Source of the DNA: Cenococcum geophilum
Lineage: Eukaryota
Reading direction: 5' to 3'
Assembly: GCA_050273025.1 (NCBI GenBank)
Contig: CP158636.1
Span: forward strand, 2,604,001 to 2,668,000
DNA length: 64,000 nucleotides
Every line of letters begins with the position of its first letter. Positions within the stretch are counted from its first letter, which is position 1. This document shows, one piece after another, positions 48,431 through 59,981 of this stretch. The position numbers and the translations under genes are program-made. Under the pieces are notes generated by a model. The model was not told where the DNA came from, ran no database searches, and saw only the letters and a program-made list of their open reading frames with translations.

Positions 48431-49503
48431 GTTTGGAGGGGAAATCTTCTCCGCAAAGTTCGTCGACGGGGTAGAAGTCGACGCCATGTCCGGTAATGGA
48501 CAGGCTCGACAGTTGCGCCGGGTATCCCTCGGTCATTACGGATTTGTAGCTATGAAGACAAGTAGATAAGCTGATCAGCCTAGATTTGCGTACTGTCAGC
48601 CGTGGTGGTTTATAATTGCCATATTGCTTAAAAAAAAGGGGTGGAGTTCGGGGTTTGGGGAAAGGGTTGGATAATCGGGAGTAGCATTAAACAAAACATG
48701 GTCGGCGGAGGAGGCAGCAATCTATATGGTACTGTTCTGCCTAATACCGGTACACGACTCGTTCCAGATTATTTGTGCCTCATTCCGGAACAAATCGTCC
48801 TCAAAAGGAACAAATTCGTGTATCACTTTGATCGTCTGGATTCCGGATCAATTGCCTATTCTAGAATATCTCTAACTACACAACATACCTACGGTATCTG
48901 GCCGACGAATTTTATGGGTAGCTTTTAATGCATCTTGAGTCGATTTTTGTTGTTGATTTAGGGTGGTATTTAATGCATTTTAGAGCTAGATTTTAATGCA
49001 ATCTATGGAGTTCCATTTCTAAACTTTATATGCATCTTATATTAAAAATTTATATATTTTATATTTATATTATACATACATAGTATATACATGTGTAAAG
49101 AAAATATACTCTCTACTATAAAAGCTACCGTTACTTCTACCTCAACCGTTTCCTTTAACTTTGCCTATGCTCGTGTCTCTGACTCTAGCTCTCTGTCACT
49201 GCCTCTTTGTTGTCTCTGTTTCTGCCTCTGCACCTCCCTCCTCCCTCCTTGTTCTCTGTTTGATATCTTGTTTCCCTAAGCTTTATATCAGCAACTGCAT
49301 GTAAAGTAAGAGGGGGTTAAGAGAGGCACTGAATATGATCTCGTATGTGAGAAAATTAGAAAATTAGTGTATTTCATGTAGAAAATGTGCAAACGGAATT
49401 GCATGTAGGATTGCGGAGTGCAAAGAATGCCTTATTCTCTCAACTCACCAAGGGTAACTTCATTGACTTGGTAGATTACATAGTTTTATGCTACAGAGAA
49501 CAA

Positions 49504-51981
49504 CTAATCATCATCAGAATCAGCAAACATGTCTTCTGCCTTCGGTCTCTGTCGCCGAGCTCTAGCTGCAGCTCTCTCCTCCTTGGATGGGGCCGGGGCA
49601 CTGGATGTGGGCACTGTAGAATCTGCCGATTTACTCTCCTTCATTTCGGCCTCTGACTCCTCCATCGGCATTCCATCGACGTCTTCGTCCATAGGTTCTC
49701 CATCTGTATCAGCCATAGGCTCACCATCTATATCCACCATCAGCTCTCCGTCAATATCTGCCATCGGCTCTCCGTCAATGTCTGCCATAGGCTCTCCATC
49801 GATATCCTCATCCATGGGTTCACCATCAACATCAGCCGACGGGGCACCGCCGGGGTTACTAGGACGCACGGATTGCTGTTGCTTGGCGTCGATTTTCTTC
49901 CACTTCACCTTCGACGCACTGGACGCCTTTTTCTTCGCCGCCGCTTCCTCCGCCACCGCCTTGGCCGCTACATCTTTCTCGGCCTGCGTGAGCGGCGGGC
50001 TGGCAAAGACGTCCATGAAGTGTGCCTGTGAGTCCTGTCCGAAGACACACCAGCCTTCCCAAAGCGTCAAAACGTTGCTTACGCTGCGTTTCCACTTCTC
50101 GGCCTTGAGGCGACCCCATTCCATGTCTTTGTCGAGCCTGCCAAGGCTTTCGAAGACTTTTCGCTGCTTGAGAACGTTTTCGAAAAGCTGGCGGTAACGC
50201 CAGGCGTGGCGGACGCCGCTGGTTGATGAGGCGGAGAGGATGTCGGAGATGAGGTAGAGCGCAATCAGTTTAGAGGAAGAAGGGTCTTCCTTCTCTTGCT
50301 TGTCATCTTGTTCTCTTTTCTCGCGGTCTTGTTCGTCTTTCTTCCTGTCAGGATTGGCGCTGCTCCAAGCGAAAGGTTTCTCGATATTAGATATTAGCAT
50401 TTCGACTACTTCATCAATGCCGTGGCCAGCGTGGGTAATTGCAAAGGCTGTGACACGAGCGACGTCGCCTTTGCGCAGTCTGGCTGTGGTGGTGGGAAGG
50501 GTAGCAAGAAGCCATGTAAGTCTGGCTTTCTCTAAGGGGTTTAGATAGGCTTTTTGAGTCTGTTCGGAAATGCCGGCTTCCGGTGGAGCGCCGCTGTGGT
50601 AATGACGGCGTCGGCCTTCATTGCCTGAGTCCTCATCATCCGAAGAATTGTACTCAGAGTCAGATACAAACTCGGTGAGCTTCGTCGTGAACTCGAATTG
50701 AAGACCTTCCTCGGGCATTGCCCAAGGAGCACTTGCATCAAAAACCAGCTGTGGCTCGGTAAGGCGTTTTCGAGAATCCCTGTCGCGGTGCATTCCGCTA
50801 AGGATCTCCCAGATTCGCCACCTATACCAGATACCTCCTACACTTCGTGAGTCCCAGATCCAAGCCCACTTTTCGTCTTTTTGTACCTCTGCGCGGCTCA
50901 TTAGGAGAGCCTCAAATTCTGGGCCGTGCTTAATAAGAGACTCAGTCGTCTTATGTATAAGCTTGAGCTGCTTCAGATCAGATGGCGGTGTGACGGGAAC
51001 TTGTGTAGGCGCTGGGCCTCGTCCATACTGGCCCGGACCTCCAGCATTATATGATGTTGGCGGCGCAAAGCCACCCCGATGTGTGCCCGGAGGAGGAGCA
51101 CGGCTTAATGACTGACCTGGCCCAGAGTATGCGGGTCGTGCTCCGAATGGTAGGGATGACACTCCTGGGTCTCGCAAGCCTGAGACCTGTGTCATCGGCC
51201 CCAAAGCTGAAGAGGATAAGAAGCGAGACAATGACAGATAATAACCCCAGCCAAGATATTTTTTCTGTAGTGAATTAACCGTGGAGTCTATATCACTCGC
51301 TGGTGTCCCTTTCGCCAGAATAACTATAGCTGACATAGACTTGCGTTCGGTTGAACTTGGAGCGGCTGGTGGGAGGACTTTGACGCTTTCCACATTCAGG
51401 TTCGAGGGTATAAGGCTCCTTATGACGGCTACTGATGTCCCTGGTGGCAATGATGAGAGGTGTAGGGTCGGTTTGCGCACTTCTTGTTCCGCAGCCTTGG
51501 TTGAGGCTCCCATTTCGTCTTCCCCATCTGACGCTTGAAATTCGGTCACGGCATCAATTCGCCTTGATGAGGACTCTTCATATGCGAAAAGTCCCTGCTC
51601 CTTATCTCTCGATTGTAGATGTGACCCATCAAAAGCCCTTTTCCGTGATAGCGATGGAGCTGGTCCTAGACTGCCCGGTCCACTGTTTCGCAATGGGCCT
51701 GCAAAGTGTCTTTTCGGCGGGCCACTGATGCCTCCCAGTCCCCCTCTTGGTACAAAGCCACCATCGCCTGGCCTACTGCCTAATTTAGAGGCTGGCGTAT
51801 CATCATCGTCTCCTTCGAATGACTTGACGAAATCCTCGAGGACCGCAGCAGTTTCTGCTTCTTCGCGGAGACGTTTTGCTTCGGCTTCGGCTTTCTGGCG
51901 CTCGAAAAGGGACTTCTTCGTCGGCGCGGTGAGCTTGTTGGATATTTCGGGGAACTCCCTGATTTTGGATGACTCGGACAT
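49504..51981 (-). CDS. U2 snRNP-associated SURP-motif protein (SR140/U2SURP-like; RRM-like, SURP, CID)
   Basis: APTKKSLFERQKAEAEAKR..EDFVKSF, LIHKTTESLIKHGPEFEALLM..WYRWRIW (SURP), KLIALYLISDILSAS..AWRYR (CID), DGEPM repeats. First ATG at 51981 (MSESSKIREF). Confidence 0.9.
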   Translation of the reverse strand: MSESSKIREFPEISNKLTAPTKKSLFERQKAEAEAKRLREEAETAAVLEDFVKSFEGDDDDTPASKLGSRPGDGGFVPRGGLGGISGPPKRHFAGPLRNSGPGSLGPAPSLSRKRAFDGSHLQSRDKEQGLFAYEESSSRRIDAVTEFQASDGEDEMGASTKAAEQEVRKPTLHLSSLPPGTSVAVIRSLIPSNLNVESVKVLPPAAPSSTERKSMSAIVILAKGTPASDIDSTVNSLQKKYLGWGYYLSLSRFLSSSALGPMTQVSGLRDPGVSSLPFGARPAYSGPGQSLSRAPPPGTHRGGFAPPTSYNAGGPGQYGRGPAPTQVPVTPPSDLKQLKLIHKTTESLIKHGPEFEALLMSRAEVQKDEKWAWIWDSRSVGGIWYRWRIWEILSGMHRDRDSRKRLTEPQLVFDASAPWAMPEEGLQFEFTTKLTEFVSDSEYNSSDDEDSGNEGRRRHYHSGAPPEAGISEQTQKAYLNPLEKARLTWLLATLPTTTARLRKGDVARVTAFAITHAGHGIDEVVEMLISNIEKPFAWSSANPDRKKDEQDREKREQDDKQEKEDPSSSKLIALYLISDILSASSTSGVRHAWRYRQLFENVLKQRKVFESLGRLDKDMEWGRLKAEKWKRSVSNVLTLWEGWCVFGQDSQAHFMDVFASPPLTQAEKDVAAKAVAEEAAAKKKASSASKVKWKKIDAKQQQSVRPSNPGGAPSADVDGEPMDEDIDGEPMADIDGEPMADIDGELMVDIDGEPMADTDGEPMDEDVDGMPMEESEAEMKESKSADSTVPTSSAPAPSKEERAAARARRQRPKAEDMFADSDDD

Positions 51982-52141
51982 GGTGCCTCGGCGTCGTTGG
52001 TGTCGAGTTGTTTGGGAGAGGGCTGCATCAATTTGGCAAGCTTCTGTTCCAGCCTTCAGCCCTACAGAAGCTTGGGCCACCTATGTTGCCTTCAACCTCT
52101 CGCGGCGAACGGATTCTCTAGCGGATCAAAACTCAAACAAC

Positions 52142-53308
52142 ATGTCAAGTGCTGGAGATATTCAGGCGCTATTGCGCTTTCTATCACAGGATGCCAAAAT
52201 TAGTCTGGCTACGGCAATGGGTAAGATAAAAGACCTCCAGAAGGCAGGTCTTGGCACGTAAGTAGCTCGTGATATCTTGGGTCATACTTGATTTCTGAAT
52301 TACTTCAGTCCTACGGAAATATCCAAATCCAGTGTTGAGAAGGTCAAAGCTATATTCGGGGACGAGAAAATATCCAAGCATGTTTTCAATGCGGCAAAGA
52401 GGGTCACGAAAAAGAGAGCAGCAGGCGAAACACCGTCCACTACTCCATCAAAGAAGTCAAAAGCATCTTATGGAGAGCCATTGACTCCAGCAGCCCTGGA
52501 GGAATCTCTCGCCTTACCAGAGCCCTTTATGAATGAAGAGGAGCTTTCCAAAACGGTTCTCTTTACGAATAGAGCGCCGCTAGTACTAGCATTCGCAGTT
52601 ACTTTACTAAAGTACACCATGTCCGAACAGCCGCTCTCAAGTAGATTGAGCCTTGCACAGGCTGTAGTCAGCGCCAATAGCAGAACTAAAGCTGTGAGCT
52701 TGGGCCTCGAGTCCGGCAAGAGCGCTGAAGACGAAGGGTGGGGAGAAGGACAGCCTACGGCAAAGATCATGGGACGTGAAATTAGGGTCATGAAGAGATG
52801 GGGTTATGAGTGGGAGGCCAAAGATGAAGCCGGTGCAACGCAGGAAACGTTGGATGAACAGAGTCAAAGTTCGAGTAATGAGCAGCCAGCGCTTTGGGGT
52901 CTCGACCTCGAGGCGTTGAAGAAGTCTAATGGTCCACTGACGGTTGGATCACATGGTTCTTCGTCAAGCCAATTACCAATATACACAGCCCAATCTGCAC
53001 GCGCATATCTGTTAAAGTCATTCGATACCCCTCCTCTCCCTCCCAACGATGTACAATCCAATACCACGAAAAAGCAATCAAATGCCACCAAAGTCGCTGA
53101 AAAGGAACGCAATTTGAGTTTTCTACTTGGAGCATTGGAGTTGCTTTACCAATCCTGGTTTGCTACTCTTGATAAAGCTGAACTTGATAGGCGTTCGTGG
53201 TCATGGTATGTACACGTTCGACCTGAGGTCGAAACTGGCGTTGCCGGCTGGGGAGGGAAAGGTGACGTCAAACTATCAGAGATTTTGGATTTAAGGAGGA
53301 CAGTCTAA
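52142..53308 (+). CDS. Conserved-looking fungal hypothetical protein
   Basis: Exon 1 52142-52257 (MSSAGDIQALLRFLSQDAKISLATAMGK). Intron GTAAGT..TTCAG 52258-52308 restores frame into ORF 52481-53308 (TNRAPLVLAFAVTLLKY..WSWYVHVRPEV..GWGGKG). Confidence 0.85.
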
Positions 53309-53329
53309 TTATCGTCAAAGCCTTATATT

Positions 53330-54596
53330 CTATCTTTTGGGAGTCCATGCACTTAGTCCTTGCAAATCTTTAATGACCTGTACTTTCCTTGTTGAGTCAA
53401 CAGCACCGTCCTTACCCAAGCGCACCTCAACAGAGGTTATTGGTTCGTTCGCCGAAAAAGAATCCTCAAAGCGCCCAGTCCTATCAATCATGAGCGCGTT
53501 CCAACCCGCATTCTTTGCTCCAAAATAGTCTTTTTCCAACTCATCACCAATATGGAGAATCTCAAATTGGTCTACACGCTGCAGTTCAGTATTTTCAGAA
53601 TCCTCGGCCAAGGCCTCCTTCAGGAGTTGCTTTGCCGCATCGAACATTTGCCGATCTGGCTTTTCGTATCCCACGTCATAGCTTAGTACTACGAAGCTGA
53701 TATCTTCGTCGATATTTGCTTCAGTGCTCCGTTCTGCGCTACTTCCAAATTTCCTAGGCCCAACATTGAGGCCTAAAGCGGTTAAAACTCCCGATGCGCG
53801 GTCATCCAAGTTTGTGACCACACCAACGACGGTGCGCTCCCAGGGCCAGGGGTTCTGCTTGTCTGTGGTACCGGAGGGATTCCTTTTACTATTTCTTAGC
53901 ATTTCGAAGAACGGAAGCACATCAGGATAGATGTGGTAGCCTTTGTCAGTCGAAAATCGGGTGAGAAGGTCAGATATTAGCGGCTTTGGGACTGACTCAT
54001 TGTCCTTGAGGAACGGTTCGAAGGTTTTAGAGATTACCTGAATATGTTAGTTTCTAGAACGCGTTGGTGTCGAATGATAAATCGGTTTCTTTTTAAAAAA
54101 AAAAATTCCGGAATAGAAACTTTGCTCTCCATGATTGTGATGTTCTGTAACAAAGCTGAAGCACAAGCCTGATACACCGAGTTGAACTGGTCCTATGAGA
54201 TCCGTCGAGGTTGTAAAAGCAGATGCATCTTTTAGGGAAGCAGAAATATAGGGGAATTGGAGTTGGGATAGCTTACATTCGCCCACCACATCTGTGCGTT
54301 TAAGCCAGCGACCTTCCCGTAGTTCGGACGTAACTTGGACTCGTTCTTAAAAGCTACTCGAAATCATCAGTACTGATAGGAAAACGCCTACATAATGCAG
54401 GTTATCTGAAGACAAGCAGCTCACCTCTCTTGAACGAAGCATTCAACTCGTCATCAGTAAACCCCGCCAATCCATGGAATTTTGCAATCTCGCCATACTG
54501 CGTGGTAATTGGGGCTTTCGGTGTAAACAGCGTCCCAAAAGCATCAAAAGAAAGCAGGAGGTTTTTTTTCCTTGAGAGTCTCTGGGAGACTCGCAT
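53330..54596 (-). CDS. HAD-superfamily hydrolase (HDHD3-like)
   Basis: Motif I LLSFDAFGTLF, II VGVVTNLD, III SYDVGYEKPD, IV HIGDELEKDYFGAKNAGW. Two introns (~54354-54424, ~54038-54276). Confidence 0.9.
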
Positions 54597-55179
54597 GATG
54601 TTGGAGTTTTGATGGGATGGCGGTACGCGAGCTGAGGTGATATATCGTAGGCTGGGATGGGAGCGATAAGAACGCGGTGCACGGTGTCGCGTTTTTGGGT
54701 CGGCTTGAATGGATTTGTTTTCTTGGATTAATTAATTAATTGAATAAATGTAATATAATCTAGGGCGACGCAGTCTTTTGGTCGATGTCACGTATATGTG
54801 CGGCACTGCCGAGCAACGCAGCGAGCAGTAGATATACTTGTGTAGCATTGGCTTGCCAATCCATGATCTTGAACAGGAGTGTATTTGACATCACCTATCA
54901 AAATAATCGTAGCTAAAGGGGTGCTTGTACTATTATTTGTACTTTTAATTCCATTGTTTTGTTAGGCCACCTTAGTGAGACCTGACCCCAAAGAATCAAA
55001 AACGTTTAAGAGTATCACCATTCGAAGCAGCATCCAACTCTTCTATGAAATCATCTAATGCTGATGACAAGACTAAACTGGGAGATTTCTTGCGCTAAAA
55101 CCATTCTAAGATTCTAGGTTAATTTATACGTCACCGCGAGCCGGATCATGCTAAGGGCAATACAACCATAACAGACACT

Positions 55180-55777
55180 TCATACGTCCAACAGTTCCAA
55201 CTTCAAAAACTCCATCTCATGTGGATTAATTGAAAATTGATTGACTCGAGATATGACATCGTGGACTTCGTTAGGAGTCCCTAGTAGATGTAGTATGTTT
55301 ATGGGAGCATCCGCTGTTGCCACTCGGAAGCCAAGACCAGTAAAGTGTCCTTTCTGAGTCATCCTCCTCTAGATTACTCGTATAGGAGGCCGAGCAAAAT
55401 ATTTTCGAAGCCTTTCGGAGCAGATTCTTTTTCCATGCAGAACGAGTTTTGGTTGCGTCGCTGACATAGAGGACACCCCAGAAATGGTCCATAATAATTC
55501 AATACCACAGTGATATTGCCGATGCCGCCAACACCAAATGTAGAAATGAGCTGTGATCGTGGAATTGTAGGGTAGGTGAGTAGGGCAATGAAGTAGAAGA
55601 GGTCTTTTCTAGCCTTGTAGAAGTAGAAACACCCCCTTTGAACGCGGAATTTTGGAGCCACGCCAACCTTTCTTTTATTCCCAGAAGAATCGGATTACTT
55701 GGCCGGCCTAATGTGACACCGGGCAGGAATCGGATTGTCATGACTTCAATAGTGGCGAGGCGAATTAGATCGACCAA
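55180..55777 (-). pseudogene. Possible decayed coding fragment of unknown family
   Basis: Several overlapping minus-strand ORFs, two in the same frame separated by a single stop (55499-55777, 55271-55492). No recognisable motif. Confidence 0.2.
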
Positions 55778-55995
55778 AGCAGTTTAAAAGTCATCAGACG
55801 ACGAGTTAATTAGACATGTCGTGAATGCTATAGTGTTTGCATAAAATACATACTGGTTTGTGAGGTAACCGAACATCACATTAAATTTTGATCTGAATGA
55901 ATGAGATTAAAGCATGTTTCCATAAAGACCATTCGCCGTCATAAGGAGAAGAGGATTTGACAAATAATGATATTGTTATCAACAGTGGGTATTAT

Positions 55996-57453
55996 TTAAT
56001 CCTCCTCCAGCAATGTGATATCATTTGTGTCCGCATCCGGGTCGGAGTGTATCTTAGCAGCAATGTCAGCCTTACAGGACCTGCCATGGACCACCAATCC
56101 CCAGTAATGAATGTCGTTGATGATGCTAATCAACTGTTGGACGCCGGCAAGGATGCAGCAGTCGCCAGAGTATATGGTGGACATGCTGCAACCAGTCCAG
56201 GTTTCAAAGGTCTTCGGCACAGTGCACCACAGGTCCCAGGTGGATCCAGTGAATGTGATGCCGTAGTGGCGCATCTGGTTCATGTCTCCTTCCGACCACT
56301 TCCCCCCACTCATCTGAAGTGCGCAGTTCTTCAAACGATAACGATTGTACAAGGCGATGGCTGAGGCGACGGCGACCTGGTGGCGGGCCGTGGCGAGAGT
56401 CTCCTCATCCTTCTTGAACTCGATGGTCAGATAAGGGCAAAAGGCTCGCCTCTGCACGATGGAGACGTGTTTTCGAACGCTCGGGCGGAAGCCAGGTTGG
56501 AAGGCCTGGAGGGAGACGTGGTATGCGCAGTCCGGGCGAATGTCCCACTCGTATCGTTTCTTGGGCGAGTCGACGAGTGGGGGAGCGAGCCATTCATCTT
56601 GCGGCAGCTTCCGAACAAGCTGCAGCATGCGGATGGGCAGCCAACGTTGATCGCTGTCTTCCTCGGGGAGCCATGGATGTCTCGGTTCGTCGAGGAATAT
56701 GTCCCGCAAGGCGTATGCCGAGTGTTCGGCCTCGTTGCATTCGTACACCCTCATAGCCTTGTACTCCCGCTGGATGCGCTCTGTGTCGGGGTCTAGCCAG
56801 ACATTAAGTGTGTGTGTTTCCCGGTAGGCGTCAGGGCGGTCCTTAGGGTCCGGGGGGAGCTCCTGGATGCGGAAGTGTTTGTGGAGGTTCTTGTTCACGC
56901 CCTTGTTCTGGATGGTAATCCCACAAGGTTCTAGAACCGTCTCCATAAAGTCCGCATCAGCAACTTTGGCAGCCACCTCCCTCCTATTCCTGAAGCTCGA
57001 AGATTCCGACGTGGGGGGGGTCTGCCACCTGTGTTGTCCAGAGGTCGACGCCGATGCCGACGTTGCGCTTCCTGCCGGAGTCACTTTTACCCTCCTCTTC
57101 CCCTTTGAGCTCTGTGTGTCGTCAGAATATGGCATAACCCTCTTCCACAACCACGCAATGTGTGTTGAGTCGGTCGCAGCGACATTGGAGCGGTGGACAG
57201 GCCAAGGGCTAGCGGGAGGAGACGACGACGACGATGTATTAGACGATAGCGATGATTTTCTGCGGGCGGAGGAATTGGCGGTCGGGTGCATGTAGTGAGG
57301 GCGGGCATGGGGCTCCTTGAGGCACGTGTGCGGTCGCCTTCTGCGGGGTCGCTGGAGCTGCTGTATTAAGCGGTTGGAGGCTCTACTCTGACGACAATGA
57401 GCCTCAACGCGAGCACATCGATCGCTGCCGTGAATCGTATCTGGGGATGTCAT
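55996..57453 (-). CDS. Intronless 485-aa protein with C-terminal PD-(D/E)XK nuclease-like domain
   Basis: Long uninterrupted ORF. Low-complexity S/R-rich N-terminus. WDIRPDCAY...PYLTIEFKK...ARHQVA..ALYNR...HYGITFTG matches the PD..(D/E)xK..Q pattern of fungal PD-(D/E)XK-like families. Confidence 0.75.
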   Translation of the reverse strand: MTSPDTIHGSDRCARVEAHCRQSRASNRLIQQLQRPRRRRPHTCLKEPHARPHYMHPTANSSARRKSSLSSNTSSSSSPPASPWPVHRSNVAATDSTHIAWLWKRVMPYSDDTQSSKGKRRVKVTPAGSATSASASTSGQHRWQTPPTSESSSFRNRREVAAKVADADFMETVLEPCGITIQNKGVNKNLHKHFRIQELPPDPKDRPDAYRETHTLNVWLDPDTERIQREYKAMRVYECNEAEHSAYALRDIFLDEPRHPWLPEEDSDQRWLPIRMLQLVRKLPQDEWLAPPLVDSPKKRYEWDIRPDCAYHVSLQAFQPGFRPSVRKHVSIVQRRAFCPYLTIEFKKDEETLATARHQVAVASAIALYNRYRLKNCALQMSGGKWSEGDMNQMRHYGITFTGSTWDLWCTVPKTFETWTGCSMSTIYSGDCCILAGVQQLISIINDIHYWGLVVHGRSCKADIAAKIHSDPDADTNDITLLEED

Positions 57454-57816
57454 TCTGGTTGCGCTTCAGGCTCGGGGTCATTGGGGTCAAAATAAGATGG
57501 CATGGGACGGCAGCGGCAAGGACGCTGTAAATGGCACCGCCGACCTTGCATGCAGGGCTGAAATTGACAAAGCGCAAAAGGTGTGTTTCATGACGGCGTT
57601 GCCCCGTTAACAAAAAACAGTCCAAATTTAGATGGGAGAAGGCCTGAAGAGGGTGATCTTTTGCCGCCCACAACCTCGTCATCAAACAAAACCAATCAAA
57701 TTAATAGAATCAAGGACTCGTGCTTAGGAATTTAAAGCTTTTAATATTACTTTTATTTTTATATAAAATTAATATGCGGGCTTAATCTTTGGAGTTAAGT
57801 AGCTTAATATAAGGTA

Positions 57817-59734
57817 TCTGCCCCACGGACTATTCGCTTACGCTCATAGTCCTACGCAGCTCAACGGAACACCGAGGTGTACCCAAGATTAAGCCTTACC
57901 TAGTTCCTCATACAATTGAACCACCACAACCATGCCTGTAGAATCCGAAATTATTGAGATACGCGTGCAAGATGCACTTCGTAAGTTATCACGCATGGAA
58001 ACACCCAATATTCGATTAGCAGCCCGCCTACACAACGCGCTATTTAAACGTGTCTATAACCGCGTTAACGGCATTAAGAGCAAGATATAGAGGCCTAGTA
58101 GTAATAAGATGCTTAATCAACACCAGAAGGCTATACTCCTATCCTATATCAATTAAATGGACCGCCTTAGAGTCGGCGCGCTGTTCCACTAAGTCTATAA
58201 TTGCGCGCAGCGTATCCTTAAGCTCCATACGCCTAATGGCACCAAACCACCTACTCTTGGACGTAACTGGACTAAGAGATTCCTTAAATAAAACCTAATA
58301 GTGTATAAGGTTAAGTAGAAGCCTATAAAGATTAATTAAGCTGCTGTAAACAATCCTACCGCGATATAGAAATGGTATACTTTATATAGGAATATAAAGG
58401 AGCAATAGGGTATTTAACTATATAACGAATACAACTTTAACAAGTCTAGATTTTATATTAGAATTAGTAGCAGCCAGTAGATAATTACGCGTATATTAGA
58501 TACTAAGAGAATGCACTTAGCTAGCGAGACAAATCGCGATTTCGCGTTAGTGTTAGAGGCTATATCTGGTAATAGAGTTATACTTACTCTAGCAGTTATT
58601 ATTAAGGGCCAATAAATTATGCATTAATACCTTAATAATATAAGTATACCTGGCAACTATATGCTAGGCGCTTAAACTAAAGGTTATTTAAATAACAACC
58701 TCGCGTTTAATTGGATTCAGCACTTTAATAGGCAAAGCGCTGCTTAATAGATAGGTGCGCATCGGCTGCTATTACTAGATGGCCATAGTTCATACCTTAT
58801 AAAGGAATTTGTAGAATATTGTAAAAAGAAGAATATATATTTATTAGCTATTCCGCCCTATATAAGCCACTTTCTACAACTACTTAATATTGTTCTCTTC
58901 TAGCCGTTTAAGCACTACCATAGATTAGCTGTTAAGATGGCTGTGTAAATAGGCTATACAAACTTTAATACTATTAAATTCCTCCACGCTCTACACTAAA
59001 TTCATATAGCTATATTTAAATCCTTATCTATTCTATTAGGATAGGTAAAGACTAGCCTTATTCTATATAATCCTAAAATTATATTAACCAGATTACGACG
59101 TTAAATAGCTATAGTACGTCCATCTACGCCACCACTTATAATACTATAACTACCGCGGCCACGACTTATAGTGCTATAAATACCTAATATACCGTGTAGC
59201 TTACAGATAACAATAAACTGGGTTTATAGCTTTATTATTAAGCAGCCTAATAGGGTAAGGAATCCTTTGTTAATGCTTTGCAAGAGCGCTAAGAAAAATA
59301 CCGTGCTTCGCTCATTAGTAGAGGAGGACCTGCATTTAATGTAGGTAGCGGTACGCGCCCGTATAAAGCGTTAAAAGACTAACTAACAGGTTGTTTAAAA
59401 GGGAGGCTTAATATCTACAGTAGATGGATGGCTTAAAGTATCATAACGAGTTCAAAAGGAAGCAGAGAAGGCAGGTAGGGCGGCTGTATATACGGTAAAG
59501 AAGTAGGCAAAGGAGGACGCTACACAACGTGCAGAGGCCTTAGACTCGTAATATTTGGCAGGATTGTAGCTAGGGTATTACTTAAGGTGCTCCACTAAGG
59601 ATTTCTATATATATATAGCCTACGTAGAAATATACGGCTTCAAAATTATATAGTGGGGCTCGTGTTCCGTTGAGCTCGGTGTTCCGTTAAGCTGCGTAGG
59701 ACTATAAGCGTAAGCAAATAGTCCGTAGGGCGGA
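57817..59734 (+). mobile_element. pogo/Fot1-like Tc1/mariner DNA transposon, RIP-inactivated (1918 bp)
   Basis: 60-bp TIRs at 57817-57876 and 59675-59734. TA TSD. Transposase from ATG 57932 with HTH-like N-terminus and de-RIP motifs YNFDESGF (~58430), LLLDGHSSH (~58770), HFLQPLD (~58870). Confidence 0.95.
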
Positions 59735-59745
59735 TAGCTAGCAGT

Positions 59746-59942
59746 TGTCATTCTGTCGACCTAAATTACCTACCCCTTATTTCTATTGCCCCTTTCCTTT
59801 CCTATTGCCTATACCTTTCTTATATATATATAGAGGCCCCAGAACCACATTCAATAGACAGAGTCCTTATTCTTTAATATTCCGATCGACACGTTCCTAT
59901 AGAACGATATCCTGTTACGGGCCTTATATTAGAAGTGTTACA
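59746..59942. mobile_element. LTR-like segment (solo or truncated)
   Basis: TGTCA...TTACA boundaries, TATATATATA box, ~197 bp; no matching TSD found. Confidence 0.5.
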
Positions 59943-59981
59943 GCTACTTAAAGAGGAGCTGGACAAGCTATGAGAGGTAGC

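Noticed and set aside
48920..49300. AT-rich stretch with TTTAATGCA repeats and a pyrimidine-rich tract, perhaps a transposon end
   Set aside because: No TIR pair, TSD or diagnostic motif could be established.
26549..57453. Starship-type giant element carrying the gene island
   Set aside because: No DUF3435/tyrosine-recombinase captain ORF is visible, and the core genes are housekeeping.
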